From positions 6,696,001-6,760,000 of the forward strand of contig OX597817.1 in assembly GCA_951406725.2 (NCBI GenBank): 64,000 nucleotides of DNA, read 5' to 3'. The notes under the pieces are model-generated. The model worked only from the letters and a program-made list of their open reading frames with translations. It was not told the DNA's origin and made no database searches. Position 1 is the stretch's first letter. Each line of letters starts with the position of its first letter. Positions 13,555-26,533 of this stretch are shown here, one piece after another. The stretch comes from Octopus vulgaris (Eukaryota). The translations under genes and the position numbers were made by a program.

Positions 13555-13663
13555 TATGTATGCATGTATTTATCTATGTACTTAAACGTGTATCTATGTG
13601 TAGGTATGTATTTGTGTATGTACGCACGTATGCATGAATCTATATATATATATGTATATATAC

Positions 13664-13704
<41 letters not shown>

Positions 13705-13743
13705 TCTCTTTCTACATATATATGTGTGTGTATATATATGTAT

Positions 13744-13810
<67 letters not shown>

Positions 13811-13909
13811 CATACATATATATACACACACATATATATGTGTGTGTGTGCGTTTGTGTGTAAATTGTTCTCTCTCTACATATATATATGTGTGTGTATA
13901 TATATGTAT

Positions 13910-13961
<52 letters not shown>

Positions 13962-14022
13962 CACATACATACATATATATACACACACATATATATGTAG
14001 AGAGAGAACAATTTACACACAA

Positions 14023-14097
<75 letters not shown>

Positions 14098-14190
14098 TGT
14101 ATATAGAAGCATGCACACGTGCGTACATACACAAATACATTCCTACACATAGATGCATGTATAAGTACATAGATAAATACATACATAGAC
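13555..14190. repeat. Inverted duplication of microsatellite-rich DNA centred on (TA)n
   Basis: GTATTTATCTATGTACTTA (~13566) versus TAAGTACATAGATAAATAC (~14162); TAAATTGTTCTCT (13697, 13861) versus AGAGAACAATTTA (~14003). Confidence 0.85.
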
Positions 14191-16379
14191 ATACACACAC
14201 ATACACACACATATATGTATATATATATTTGAGTATATGTGACTCTCTATGTCTAATGGGTGGATTTGTATCAACGAGTGCATGTTTTGCCGAAGATTAA
14301 TATAGACATAGACACATGTTTAAACAAAACTTACATCCTCCAACTCGCACATCCGTGCACGCTACTTGTGCATATGCTTATGTATTATGTGAGTGTGTGT
14401 GCATGCGCGCAGGCGTGTCTCTGTGTGTGATTTTATGTGCATATTTTGTATTATATTTGTACGGTTCTTAGCTATTTTTGTGCGCTAAACAATAAGCACA
14501 ATCTTAATGGTCATCTCAGAAATATATTAGACAACTCATACACGATACGTCTCGTAGTGCGATAAAACACCCACCTATATATTTATGTATTCACCTTTAC
14601 GTGGTTGTTTTGTTAGAAAACCGAATACGGCGTTATTAACCTTGAGAGATCCTCGCATCTACGTGCTTGTTACATAAAAGTACGGATATACATCGGACAA
14701 ACCAAGAATCATATGTCATGGGCGCCGGAATTCTTATATCACATGATTTCATTTTACTAGAAATCATCAGTTGGAAGCATCCGGTTACTACTTGCCAGTC
14801 AATCTTGCTACTATGCTATATGCAATATGAGGATCTTTCCAAATCCTGATGTAGCAAATAGGCTGCAAGTTTATTATGGATTAGTTATTAGCGACTGCAG
14901 CCGTGTTAATAAATGGAAAATTTTATTTAGGACATCAAACAGAGCCCGCAGAACTCACTCCTGAAGGAATTGAATATCAGTTCACTGAGTAATTAAATTT
15001 CGATGTAGTATAACTTGTCCATAGAACTGAAAATACAGGATATACACACAGAAACACTTCTACGAGGAGTTAACAATACCCAAAAAATTACGAGGTGTAA
15101 GAAACAAATACAAATTCCTTTTTCTTCCATGTCATTTCCATATGATTACAGCCGTTTCGTAATTTTATCCATGAAATATTATTAATTTCGACACCCAGAA
15201 TTATATTCGTTCATGCTTAAATCAATATCCACACTTAGCATTATAAAATGAAATTGTATATTCACATACAGATGTATAATAGAGAAAAAATCGTCGTCTG
15301 TTCACATACTGGGGATATCCGTTATTAAACATTTAGAATATAACACATCGTAACGAAATTCTTTTTTCTGAAGTTCTTCTCTGTGACATATGGTATTTTG
15401 AAGTCGCTTCATACTATAAACACGGTGATGGGCTACTGGGTGATTATCATACTTTGCAAGAGTAAGTAACACCCTCTTGCAGAAAAAATTCTGTTTCCGG
15501 TATTACAAACAGTAGGAACAATTTTAATTAATGTGTATGCTCACATAAAACATTCTGACTCTTGCCATACCTAATATATCGAATTATAAATGTTGCTGTT
15601 CTTTACATCAAAATTAGTATTTCCCTAACAATAACCTTAATTCTATAAACAAAAGGAGTGAGTAGACTTGATTTACCCTTTGTGACTCACATTTGCAGTG
15701 TTCTTGTAACACACAATCGGAATAAACAGTGATATAAATTAAAATATTATACGCTGTGATCCTCTTAACTGAGTACTATATTCACACTAATGGTTGCCCC
15801 CAGAAATGCCAGGAAAATAAAGGAAGTAGTAAACATATTCCTTACATATACACAACACTCATAACGCACCAATAAATCTCCCAGTAATGCAATTTCTAGA
15901 TATAAGCATTCTGAAGGAAAATAAGTGAGACGTCAGTTTTCTTCAACGTCACAAACATTTGCTTATATATATACATGGAAATACAAAAATTACAATATCA
16001 CTATTTAAAATGCTATTTTTAATAGCAGAACTCACAGATGCCCATTTATAATGTCCTCTACATAAGAAGTACTAAACAGGGAATTCATAGAATGTAACAA
16101 ATACTAATCAAATGACTATGAAAGGAAAACGAAAGCATAGAATAATGGACACTCAATTTCGAAGCGAAAACATCACTAGATATTGGACCTCTAAGAAACA
16201 CACATACTACACCACAAATTAATATAATTAAGTGAAACACATGTTCACTATAGAATACATAATTGCAATATCAAAACTTTCATAAAACAAAACATATCCA
16301 TTGAATCAAACCGTTTACTAATCATGATAAATAATCATAAAAATATTAACTTCACATTTCCATACATAGCAAACTAATA

Positions 16380-16695
16380 ATCATCATCATCATTGTTCGA
16401 CCGTGGTCGAGACAATGGAATTTGCCATGCTACGCCAGACTTCACGGTCCATCATGGCATTACGGAGGTCCTGTTGCTGGATGCCTGCATCCCTGGAGAT
16501 TACATCAGGGTAGGAGAGTGTGCACCCTCTGGTATTGCAAGTAGATAGCTTCCAGACGAGAAGAGTAGAAATTACCTCTTTTCAGCTCTACAACAATGTC
16601 CAGCAAACCGGACTCTCCTACCTTTCACAAGAGATGATACAGGTGGTAGTTTCCCATATATTTGCATTTTGGTTGGATGGCGCTTCCACGAGAAA
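16380..16695 (-). mobile_element. 3' fragment of an RTE-like LINE with (GAT)n tail
   Basis: The - strand reads SWKRHPTKMQIYGKLPPVSSLVKGRRVRFAGHCCRA...DLRNAMMDREVWRS, then (TGA)n. Confidence 0.8.
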
Positions 16696-17407
16696 TTTCC
16701 AAACTAATAATAGCAAATATGCTAACTCGAGAAGTATCGGCCAATGAAGAACTTGATTGATAACTTCGATTGCAAATATGCAAGTTGAAAATTTAATGAC
16801 TATATTGACCGTACATATAAATAATAGCTTTTCAGTATCAGTTTACCATGAACTTAAAGCAAGGAACAATTGAAATAAAGTGTGATAAGACAAATTAAAT
16901 TCGACAGGAAAACATAAATACCTACAGATTTTCAAACACATCTAGATGACTAATAACAGATACAATATACATAAGACTATAGGTTGCTAAATCAAATAAA
17001 CAGAAAATATACACTAGTATATAAACCACAAGCCCGCAAATAAAGCTAACGAAAATAATGTTAAAACTTGCACATGAATGGTATCCGAATGATATTCCTC
17101 ATATTACCGTAACCTAATAGAACTGAAACACATACACCAACAACACTTCAATCTAAACACCAAACCATATAAGTTCCAGATTGTTGAAAATAGATTTGAG
17201 AATTTAACTGATCCTCTACAACGAGTTCATAAAATGAGATATACACCTTCATTTAAAACAGCCTAGAAATCATGCGCATTTTCACACTGACATTCATGTA
17301 AGTGCATATATTTGCCTGGTTAACTATGTGTGTACTGGACCACATGCACAACACACACACACGCACTCACGCTCGCACATACACATAGGCTCACATACAT
17401 GTATATA

Positions 17408-17509
<102 letters not shown>

Positions 17510-17734
17510 AAAAAATACAGACTGGGACAAGAACGTAAAACATTTAAAAGACGATACAAAAACACGGACGGGACATATATATATATATATATATATTAAT
17601 ATAATTAAGTCAAACACATGCTCACTATAGGATAGATAATTGCAATATCAAAACTTTCATAAAACAAAACATATATCCATTGATATATATCTATACACAC
17701 ACACACACACACACACACACGCGCGCGATAACAC

Positions 17735-17818
<84 letters not shown>

Positions 17819-18394
17819 TAAATATAGAATGGCATATCAGTGTGTTGTTTTAAAAATATTTAATTAAGATTTAGAGATTTCTCCTACGCATTGCAAAGGA
17901 ATCAATTGACTGAAAGTTGAATCGATCAAAAGATACCTTTTTTTTATTGCATTTAAATATGCTTCACAACATTCACCTTGAAAGAAATATACTTCGATAT
18001 TTAAAACGATAATGTTAAATGAGGGAATTATTAGACTTATGCTAAGCGCTTTCCTGTTATGAGTTAAGTATTTTACATTTTCTCGTGGCTTAGAAATATT
18101 GATTGTTTTGCTTTAGTTCATCCTTGCATATACACACGAGGAAGCAAAGTTCCACTAAATATGAAACGTAGATCAGTGAGTCATTGATGGCATTTCTTAT
18201 CCCATTATGGGAACAATTGAACTGTAGATGACTGACGAAGAGGAAGTAATGTATTCTATACGGAAACTGAAATGGGGCTAAACGTCCTACAAAAAGTTTC
18301 AGTATTAAGCAAATGCATAAAGCGTTATAAATATATATATAAATATATAAAACATATATATAGTCGATATCCAGGTATAATTCTTTACAATAAA

Positions 18395-18451
<57 letters not shown>

Positions 18452-18938
18452 CACACACGAACGCAATTCCGAACGCGTGGTTGTATGCATACATTTGTGT
18501 CGAGGTCTGCTACGGAATTTCTATTTGGATATATTTGGGGTACTTAAATGTATTCATGACTTTGCATCTGTTTTTCCGTGGGTATGTCTAAGTATTTCAT
18601 TTATTTTCATTTAGTGTTCCTCGCTTATGAAGGAAGAATCATTCTTTTGATTAATCCAGAAATCGGAACCAATTCCGAGATTACTGTATTTTTATGAATT
18701 TCTCTTAGTTTGCGTTACTCGTAACGACACGTGGTGTAATAATACAAGTGGTTAGACGATTTAGCATCTATTTTTCAGCATATTGGCAAAGAATTCTTTT
18801 CTTTTTGCCTTCTATATAATTGTATTTATAATTTTCACCTTAAAATGTATTTTTCATACACAAGCCACTGATAATTATTTTAATAAAAGTTTATCCTTAT
18901 ATTAGAAGTATACATACACACACACAGACACACACACA

Positions 18939-19002
<64 letters not shown>

Positions 19003-19011
19003 GAGAGAGAG

Positions 19012-19047
<36 letters not shown>

Positions 19048-19537
19048 CCGTGAGAGTTAGAGGACGTGATTCCAACAAACAAATGTATAGTACCTATGAA
19101 ATATACTGCTGGCAGAGTACCCAATTATTAATAATAGTCAAGTGCTAGTTATTGCGTGGCAATTTCACAATCGAATGTAATAAATGGGCTGGGATAAGAA
19201 GTTGTTTACCCTTAATTTATACGGCAAAAGGAAATTGGGGTTGGATACAGAAAGGACATATATCAGCTGTTAGACATTCTATTATGTCTGTTTATTTATT
19301 CTAAAACATTTGTAAGAATACATACCTAGTCCAAGACTGTGTGTTACATTCATATGTACCAGTAATACGTAAAAGAGTAAAAGAACAGTTCCTTATAAAT
19401 GTTCTAAAATCTTCAGAGTTTTGTTTTTTATCTCAATCTGACTATATGAATTGAACAGCGACTGCTGTCATCAACTGTGGGTCAGCGCAGCTGACGATTC
19501 AACATACTACTGTCATTGCACTCCCACATTCTTCTTG

Positions 19538-19548
<11 letters not shown>

Positions 19549-19569
<21 letters not shown>

Positions 19570-19647
19570 CTTCTTCTTCTTCTTCTTCTTCTTCTTCTTC
19601 TTCTTCTTCTTCTTCTTCTTCTTCTTCTTCTTCTTCTTCTTCTTCTT
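19549..19647. repeat. (CTT)n microsatellite
   Basis: Direct inspection. Confidence 0.95.
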
Positions 19648-19930
19648 CCTCCTCCCTACCAATAATTCACAATGACCTCGAACCCACAAGATTAAACAAG
19701 AGAGACAGAGACAGGCAGAAACAAGGAAAATGTCACTTGTTTTTGAATACTATACAAATATTCTTTTAAAATGTCTTTTCTTTTAATTTTTCTAAATTTA
19801 ATTGTTTAAGTGTTACAGTTGAAAAAGAAAAAGTCACAATGACTGAAACCGGTACTGAAATGTTTTTTTTATAAAATTATTTTAGCATTTTCTATCTTAA
19901 CTACTTTTTCCATCTATCTATGTATCTATG

Positions 19931-20072
<142 letters not shown>

Positions 20073-20111
20073 GTGTATGTGTATATGTGTGTATGTGTGT
20101 GTGTGTGTGTG

Positions 20112-20467
20112 TTCAGCGATAAGTAGAATACAAATTAAGTTTAGAACTCTAGTAATTTAGCCTTACTGCTAGGAAATGAAGAAAGTGCCTCACATGAAAG
20201 ATCGCACACACGAGCTCCTTCTGACGATTCAACATTCTCATCTTTATGTATTTATTCATCCATAGGGCTATTTATTCGTTCATTTATCTATTTTTCTCTC
20301 TCCTTCTTTCTGTGTTTTTTTCTCTCTGTGTATCTTTCTGTTGAAGAGCGTAGGCTCGAAACGTTAAAGGCTTGTTTTATTTATATTTCCTGAGCGCCAT
20401 ACTAATACAATTGTTTGTTTGTTTTCCACCTGCCTTCGTCTTTTGTCTATTTTCATAAAGCTCCCCG

Positions 20468-20544
<77 letters not shown>

Positions 20545-20755
20545 TGTGTGTGTGTCTGTGTGTGTGTGTGTTCAGCGATAAGTAGAATACAAATTAAGTT
20601 TAAAACTCTAGTAATTTAGCCTTACTGCTAGGAAATGAAGAAAGTGCCTCACATGAAAGATCGCGCACACGAGCTCCTTATGACGATTCAACATTCTCAT
20701 CTTTATGTATTTATTCATCCATAGGGCTATTTATTCGTTCATTTATCTATTTTTC
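20112..20755. repeat. ~185 bp direct duplication (20112-20296, 20571-20755) flanking an HHR-bearing insert
   Basis: Near-identical copies starting TTCAGCGATAAGTAG, each preceded by (TA)n(TG)n. Confidence 0.9.
20334..20369 (+). ncRNA. Minimal hammerhead-like motif with a variant core
   Basis: CUUU-CUGUUGA-A-GAGC-GUAG-GCUC-GAAA-CGUU-AAAG; core has CUGUUGA instead of CUGANGA. Confidence 0.55.
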
Positions 20756-21049
20756 CACGCATCACATATTTTCTATCTCATTCAATCTTATACACACACA
20801 CACACACACACACATACGCGCGCGCGCATTTCTCTGGAATGCACGGTTATTTGCATGATATTTCACTGACAACGATATTCAGTTGAACACACAAATATTA
20901 TCATCGAAAACAGTCGTACATACATCAATATGTAGAAACGTGAGTCGACGTCGTCGTCGTCGTATCATCGTCTACGGAGCCATTCGTGTCCGTGCTTGTT
21001 TTATCCGGGTTCACTGGGACAGAAGTCTTATTCAGCTAGTAAAAGTAAA

Positions 21050-21203
21050 CTTTTCTGCTCTAGGCACAAGGCATGAAATTTTGTGGGAGGGAGCTAGTCA
21101 ATTAGATCTTCCCCAGTACGCAAGTGGTACTTAATTTATCGACTCCAAAATGATGAAAGGCAAAGTCGACCTCGGCGGAATTCGAACTCAGAACATAAAG
21201 ACA
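21050..21203 (-). mobile_element. SINE family A, 5'-truncated
   Basis: Near-identical reverse complement of 12326-12479. Confidence 0.85.
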
Positions 21204-21204
21204 A

Positions 21205-21830
21205 GTATCAGAAAGGAATGTAGACTGTTGTCTCAGGAATTGATTGCATGGCGGAGCGGGTGGTGCACTTGGCTGGAGTTGCCTGGTCTTGCGTTGCTTT
21301 CATTTTGCCTCTTCAGTCTTTCTCCACTCCTTGAATGTAGAACATCCGAAATCGATTGCTCTTCGCCAGGATGGACGTTTGGTAGCTTCTGTCTTCCATG
21401 TATTAGGGCTGATACCGGTTTCCAGCAGTGAAGCCTTCAGCTGGTCTTTGTTTTCTGGTTCTTCGATGCCGTTGACGTACTCGCTGTTGAGGATGATCCG
21501 CGGGAGTCTTGAAGGGGTCGTTCGGACGATATGCCCTGACTACGTAAGGCGATGCTTGATTATGGCAGTTTTAATTTCTGGTATTTCTGAGTGATTGAGA
21601 ACTTCGATGTAGGCGCCTCGGTCCTGCCATTTGGCGTTGAGGATCTACCGAAGCTTGGCTTCCTGGAAATGCTCACGCGTAGAACAAGGAGGAAATGACA
21701 ACGGCGCAGAGCACCATGTGTTTTGTTCGTGGAAAGAGCCCGTGTTTGTTGAGTACGTGCTGGCTGAGTATTCCAAAACCATGAGCGCATTTGATGTGGT
21801 GGTCTATGTCTATTTTTCATGTTCCAGATT
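21205..21830 (-). mobile_element. RTE/BovB-like LINE 3' relic
   Basis: The - strand reads DIDHHIKCAHGFGILSQHVLNKHGLFPRTKHMV..AVVISSLFY and IIKHRLT*SGHIVRTTPSRLPRIILNSE. Confidence 0.75.
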
Positions 21831-22505
21831 GTGAGAGAGTGCTGCCGAAGTACTGAGAGTCATTGACAACTTGCCTTGTCTGTTTAATGCTAACTTCTCG
21901 TATTTTTGTCCATGAACAAGCTGCGCAAATATCTTAATTTTTTCTGCATTCCCTTCCAAAGAGATTGTAGGTTTCGGAGACAAGACTTGAACAGCAATGG
22001 AGTAGATAGGGGTGACATTGTACTGGAACTCCTTGCTGCTACTATTCATATGGATCACTGGCGCGCAGTGTTGGAGAGTCTGCTGTCTAAGCAATAGAGG
22101 AGAGTCAGGTGGGATTGCATTGAGCTTATTATAATAATAATAATAATAATAATAACTAGGTTGGAGCCAGGAAGCGGCCTTGTTTTAGGCCTTCGGAGAC
22201 GAGAAATGGCCCAGTAAGTGCATGGGCAGATGCTAGATAGAAAATAGCCTTCATACGTATACTGTAGCGACTTGTAACGATTCTGTGCTAAATAATTTAC
22301 TATCCTACGTATGTTTTTTTTACGGATTTTCTACTAGTATAATACATCGACCTTCTTGTAATCGTGAAGAATATTCTCTTTCTATGTCGAATTTTAAGAT
22401 AGTACATATACATTCAGCCTGATTTTTGTTCCTCTGTTAAGAATTGCTTCCTTTGTTAGCATACAGCTGAAATTATGGCAACAATAACGTATTACTTGAA
22501 CAGCT

Positions 22506-22507
<2 letters not shown>

Positions 22508-22564
<57 letters not shown>

Positions 22565-22626
22565 TAATAATAATAATAATAATGATGATGATGGTGATGG
22601 TGATGGTGATGGTGATGGTGATGATG
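22508..22626. repeat. (AAT)n/(GATGGT)n microsatellite bracketed by a short direct repeat
   Basis: TATTACTTGAACAGCT at ~22490 and ~22630. Confidence 0.85.
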
Positions 22627-23549
22627 GCTTATTACTTGAACAGCTAGAGATAGTTATTAACCTATTTGATTCATTTAATTCTGTTCTAAGTATTAATCTG
22701 CCTGCAATATTAATTTCTAATCTTTCCTTTCATTTGTATGCTAGACATTTTGTAGCTTATTGTTTCTTATGTATTGCATATCTCTGCTCCGTCTAATTCA
22801 CTTATCTCTACTTCTTCTGTATCTTAAGCTATATTAGTGATCTTCATTTTCCTCTCTAGAAGGCTAGAGCACATTTTCATAATCAGAATTTCATAGTAAA
22901 AAGAAAACAAAATCATTGAGTATTAACTCACTCATGCAGCTGGTATTATGCATAATCCATTTCAACCCCGGCTTATTAAACGCAGTTTTGCAACATTTGA
23001 AATGTTGTGGCCAACATGTGTATCATATCAATTTATTTGGAGCTTAGCATTTGTTTATAATTTTTCATTGTATGCTATATTGGTAGTTCTTCATATATAC
23101 AAGACTTCAATCAAATGACTATCCACGTATTGGGTGATGGAGAGGTGTGTAAAGGAACGTAACTCAGGACACACTAGGTGCATGTTTTCATTGATTCTCT
23201 TGTATAAGCCCTGGTGTTTCCATTTCGCAATATTTGTGTTGTATAAAACACCAGTTACGTAACAAGAAAAGGGTAAATATAATCGCAAATGACATGGAAA
23301 CTAAAATATGTGTGATGAGAAAAGTAGAATATTTACTGAGATAATTCCTCGCTTTCTATATTACACTATGTGCAACTTTAATTTTGTGCGTAATTTGCAT
23401 CATATAGTGCCTTTTATATGGAGCCTAGTTCATTCTAGGCTATTTCAGTTAACATTATATTCAGTACTATATCGAAACGAACCAAATGTAAGTTAATCAC
23501 AATGCGTTCATTCTGTCTGTCTGCCGAATATAAAATTGTGATGGTTCTA

Positions 23550-23602
23550 GTGCAACTGATACCAGGACAACTCATTCCCGGACAACTCATGTCAGACAAC
23601 TC
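23550..23602 (+). repeat. ~15 bp tandem repeat (GGACAACTCAT...) x ~4
   Basis: GTGCAACTGATACCA GGACAACTCATTCCC GGACAACTCATGTC AGACAACTCT. Confidence 0.7.
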
Positions 23603-24344
23603 TTGTATTCGAGTGTGTGTTGTGTGTCTGGGGTGTATTTATGTGTATGTGTGTGTGGGTGTGCGTGTGTGTGGAGTGTATTAGCGTGTGTATGTGTTAT
23701 GTATATGTGTGTGTAGTGTGCGTGTGTCTGTGTCTCAGTATAGTGTGTGTGTATGTGGGTGTGCGTGTGTATGGTGTGTGTGTATGCTTGTACGTACCTG
23801 TGCGTGTGTGTGTTTGTGTTTTGTGGCTGTGCGTGTGTGTATAATGTGGGTTGTGTATTTGTGTATATGTATGTTGTGTGTCTGTGTTTGCGTGTGTGTG
23901 GCGTGTGTGGTCTGTATATATACGTATTGCGCGTGCGTGGTGTATGTATGCGTGTTTGTGCCTGTTTGCGGTACGTGCGATTATATATTATCTTGATTAT
24001 TCTTTCAAAATTAAATCTTTATCAAAACAAGGCAACATTGGAACAGTTTCTGTATTACTTCACAAAGCTCGAAGAATAAAGGTGAAATCTTTGACTGAAT
24101 ATGTTATAATTAGTTTCAGTTTTATTCTTTCTCCTTTAATAGTTTCACTATGTATATGTATACATGTGTATATATACAAAGATATACACTCACACACACA
24201 AATATATATATATTTATATATCACAATCAAGGAACGGCCATAATAGGCCATTCACCCACTAGAAATAACAGCCAAAGCTTCAACCGCAAAAATAACATTA
24301 ATTCCGTAAACCAGGAGAAAATTAAAAAAAACATTTACCCTGTA

Positions 24345-24451
24345 ATTTCTTATACGATGCACCGTTTCATCTACTGTTTAATGGTAAACTAATCTGATTA
24401 AATTAAATCAAGCCAATCTTCCATAGGCCCTTAGATTCCTCAGTAAGAAAT
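24345..24451 (-). ncRNA. Type I hammerhead ribozyme, unit 1
   Basis: AUUUCUUA-CUGAGGA-AUCUA-(~60 nt)-UAGAU-GAAA-CGGUGCAUC-GUA-UAAGAAAU: 8-bp stem I, 5-bp stem II, near-palindromic stem III, GUA cleavage triplet. Confidence 0.85.
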
Positions 24452-24835
24452 AGCCAGAACGGAACAGATATTTTCACGAGGCATTTCTGTCCCTGCCTCG
24501 GCAATATCTGACCTAAAATTTTCAAACCATCGCACTCGCGCCAAATTTATCGGCAGCAAATAAATATAAGCCGCCGATTCCATTACGGAATCAACCAGAA
24601 AATTCATAATTAATCAATATAGGGTGGCAAAAAAAATTTTGTAGAATTTTTTTGCCACCAGCGGCCTAGTGGGAAAAAATTAAATAGTCTTAGACCATTT
24701 ATAAGTTCAACATCACAATCAAGGAACGGCCATAATAGGCCATTCACCCACTAGAAATAACAGCCAAAGCTTCAACCGCAAAAATAACATTAATTCCGTA
24801 AACCAGGAGAAAATTAAAAAAACATTTACCCTGTA

Positions 24836-24942
24836 ATTTCTTATACGATGCACCGTTTCATCTACTGTTTAATGGTAAACTAACCTGATTAAATTAAATC
24901 AAGCCAATCTTCCATAGGCCCTTAGATTCCTCAGTAAGAAAT
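24836..24942 (-). ncRNA. Type I hammerhead ribozyme, unit 2
   Basis: Same core and stems as 24345-24451; predicted cleavage sites are 491 nt apart. Confidence 0.85.
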
Positions 24943-25391
24943 AGCCAGAACGGAACAGATATTTTCACGAGGCATTTCTGTCCCTGCCTCGGCAATATCT
25001 GACCTAAAATTTTCAAATCATCGCACTCGCGCCAAATTTATCGGCAGCAAATAAATATAAGCCGCCGATTCCATTACGGAATCAACCAGAAAATTCATAA
25101 TTAATCAATATAGGGTGGCAAAAAAATTTTGTAGAATTTTTTTGCCACCAACAACTAGTGGGAAAAAATTAAATAGTCTTAGTCCATTTATAAGTTCATG
25201 ATGTTGAACTTATAAATGGTCTAAGACTATTTAATTTTTTCCCACTAGGCCGCTGGTGGCAAAAAAATTCTACAAAATTTTTTTTGCCACCCTATATTGA
25301 TTAATTATATATTTATATATATAAGAGATAATGGTGTCATTGAGACCCAAAGGTGTCAGGTAATGCTGAATAGGAGCTATAGACAGACCTC

Positions 25392-25514
25392 TGTAGGCTT
25401 GCTCGCTTAGCCAGCGGGGTGGTGCCATTTGAAGGCTAAAACAATTCAAAGCGCATTGCGACTAGAGATGTGTAGCAACATCTGATAGCCTGGTCGGTTA
25501 CCGTGATCACGGTG

Positions 25515-25517
<3 letters not shown>
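25392..25517 (+). mobile_element. 3' fragment of SINE family C, tail variant 2, ending in (TA)n
   Basis: GCTCGCTTAGCCAG...GATAGCCTGGTCGGT..CGTGATCACGGTGATA matches 51650-51771. Confidence 0.75.
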
Positions 25518-25584
<67 letters not shown>

Positions 25585-26489
25585 CGAGGTTATACTTTCC
25601 GTTTCCATGTACAAAACTTACACACAAGGCCTTCGGAGACCCAGGGCTATAGTAGAAAATACCAACACTAGGTGCAACGCAATAGGAATGAAACCAGAAC
25701 CCTGTGGTTGGGAATCAAATTCCTTACCTCAATCCACGGTTAAATAAATAACGCTGTGTGTATGTATGTGTGCGTGACAGAGAGAGAGAGAGAGAGTGAG
25801 TGAAAGAGAGTGAGTGAAAAGGATTAATAGATACACAGATAGCTTTCTGTATGTGTATCAGTGTATGCGTTTACACGGTTTCGAGAAGATAGAGAAATAT
25901 AGAATGCTTATCCATGTACATAAAACTATGAACAAACTTATGAATATAGAGCCTATATAAATGTGCATGAGCTTGCATCTGTTTCTGTATGTGTGTGTGA
26001 GTTTGTGCGTGTGTGGGTCTGTGTTTGTGTGTGTATATGTGTATGTATGTGTGTGTGTGTGTGTGTGTGTGCCTGCACGACATATTTTCACGTGTAAGAA
26101 AAAGGAGAGAAAAATTTACTGTAAACTTTACAAGTATTTTACACCATTATTCTGAAATATCAATGTTTTGATTTTCACATCGAGTAAAATAAAAAAAAAA
26201 AAACTATTTAAAAAATAGAAAAAAAAAATACACACGATTTTAAGCTAAACATAGCATTTAATTAAATCTGATATTATTCTTGTAATACCTTCTCCAACCA
26301 GATTATTCTGGAGAAATACATACATAAACATGTATATATTTGCATGCCTATACATACACACATACATACATACATACATACATTTATACACACATTCATA
26401 CATATAGAGTCTTTTACATTGAAATTCTCTTCATTATGCCCACACTTTTGTACAAGGCTATTCATGTGTCGTTCTTGCTCTCAGGCGCT

Positions 26490-26533
<44 letters not shown>

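Larger units (their letters stand above)
24220..25307 (-). mobile_element. Non-coding HHR element: two ~491 bp tandem units plus a ~108 bp inverted tail, flanked by TA-rich repeats
   Basis: Units start ATCACAATCAAGG at 24220 and 24712; 25199-25307 is the reverse complement of ~24607-24715. Confidence 0.9.

Noticed and set aside
14580-14915. Possible old foldback (GATCCTC..AT / ATGAGGATC)
   Set aside because: Too diverged to separate from chance by eye.
15135-15165. Minus-strand GAAACGGCUGUA half-hammerhead
   Set aside because: No matching CUGANGA or stem II found.
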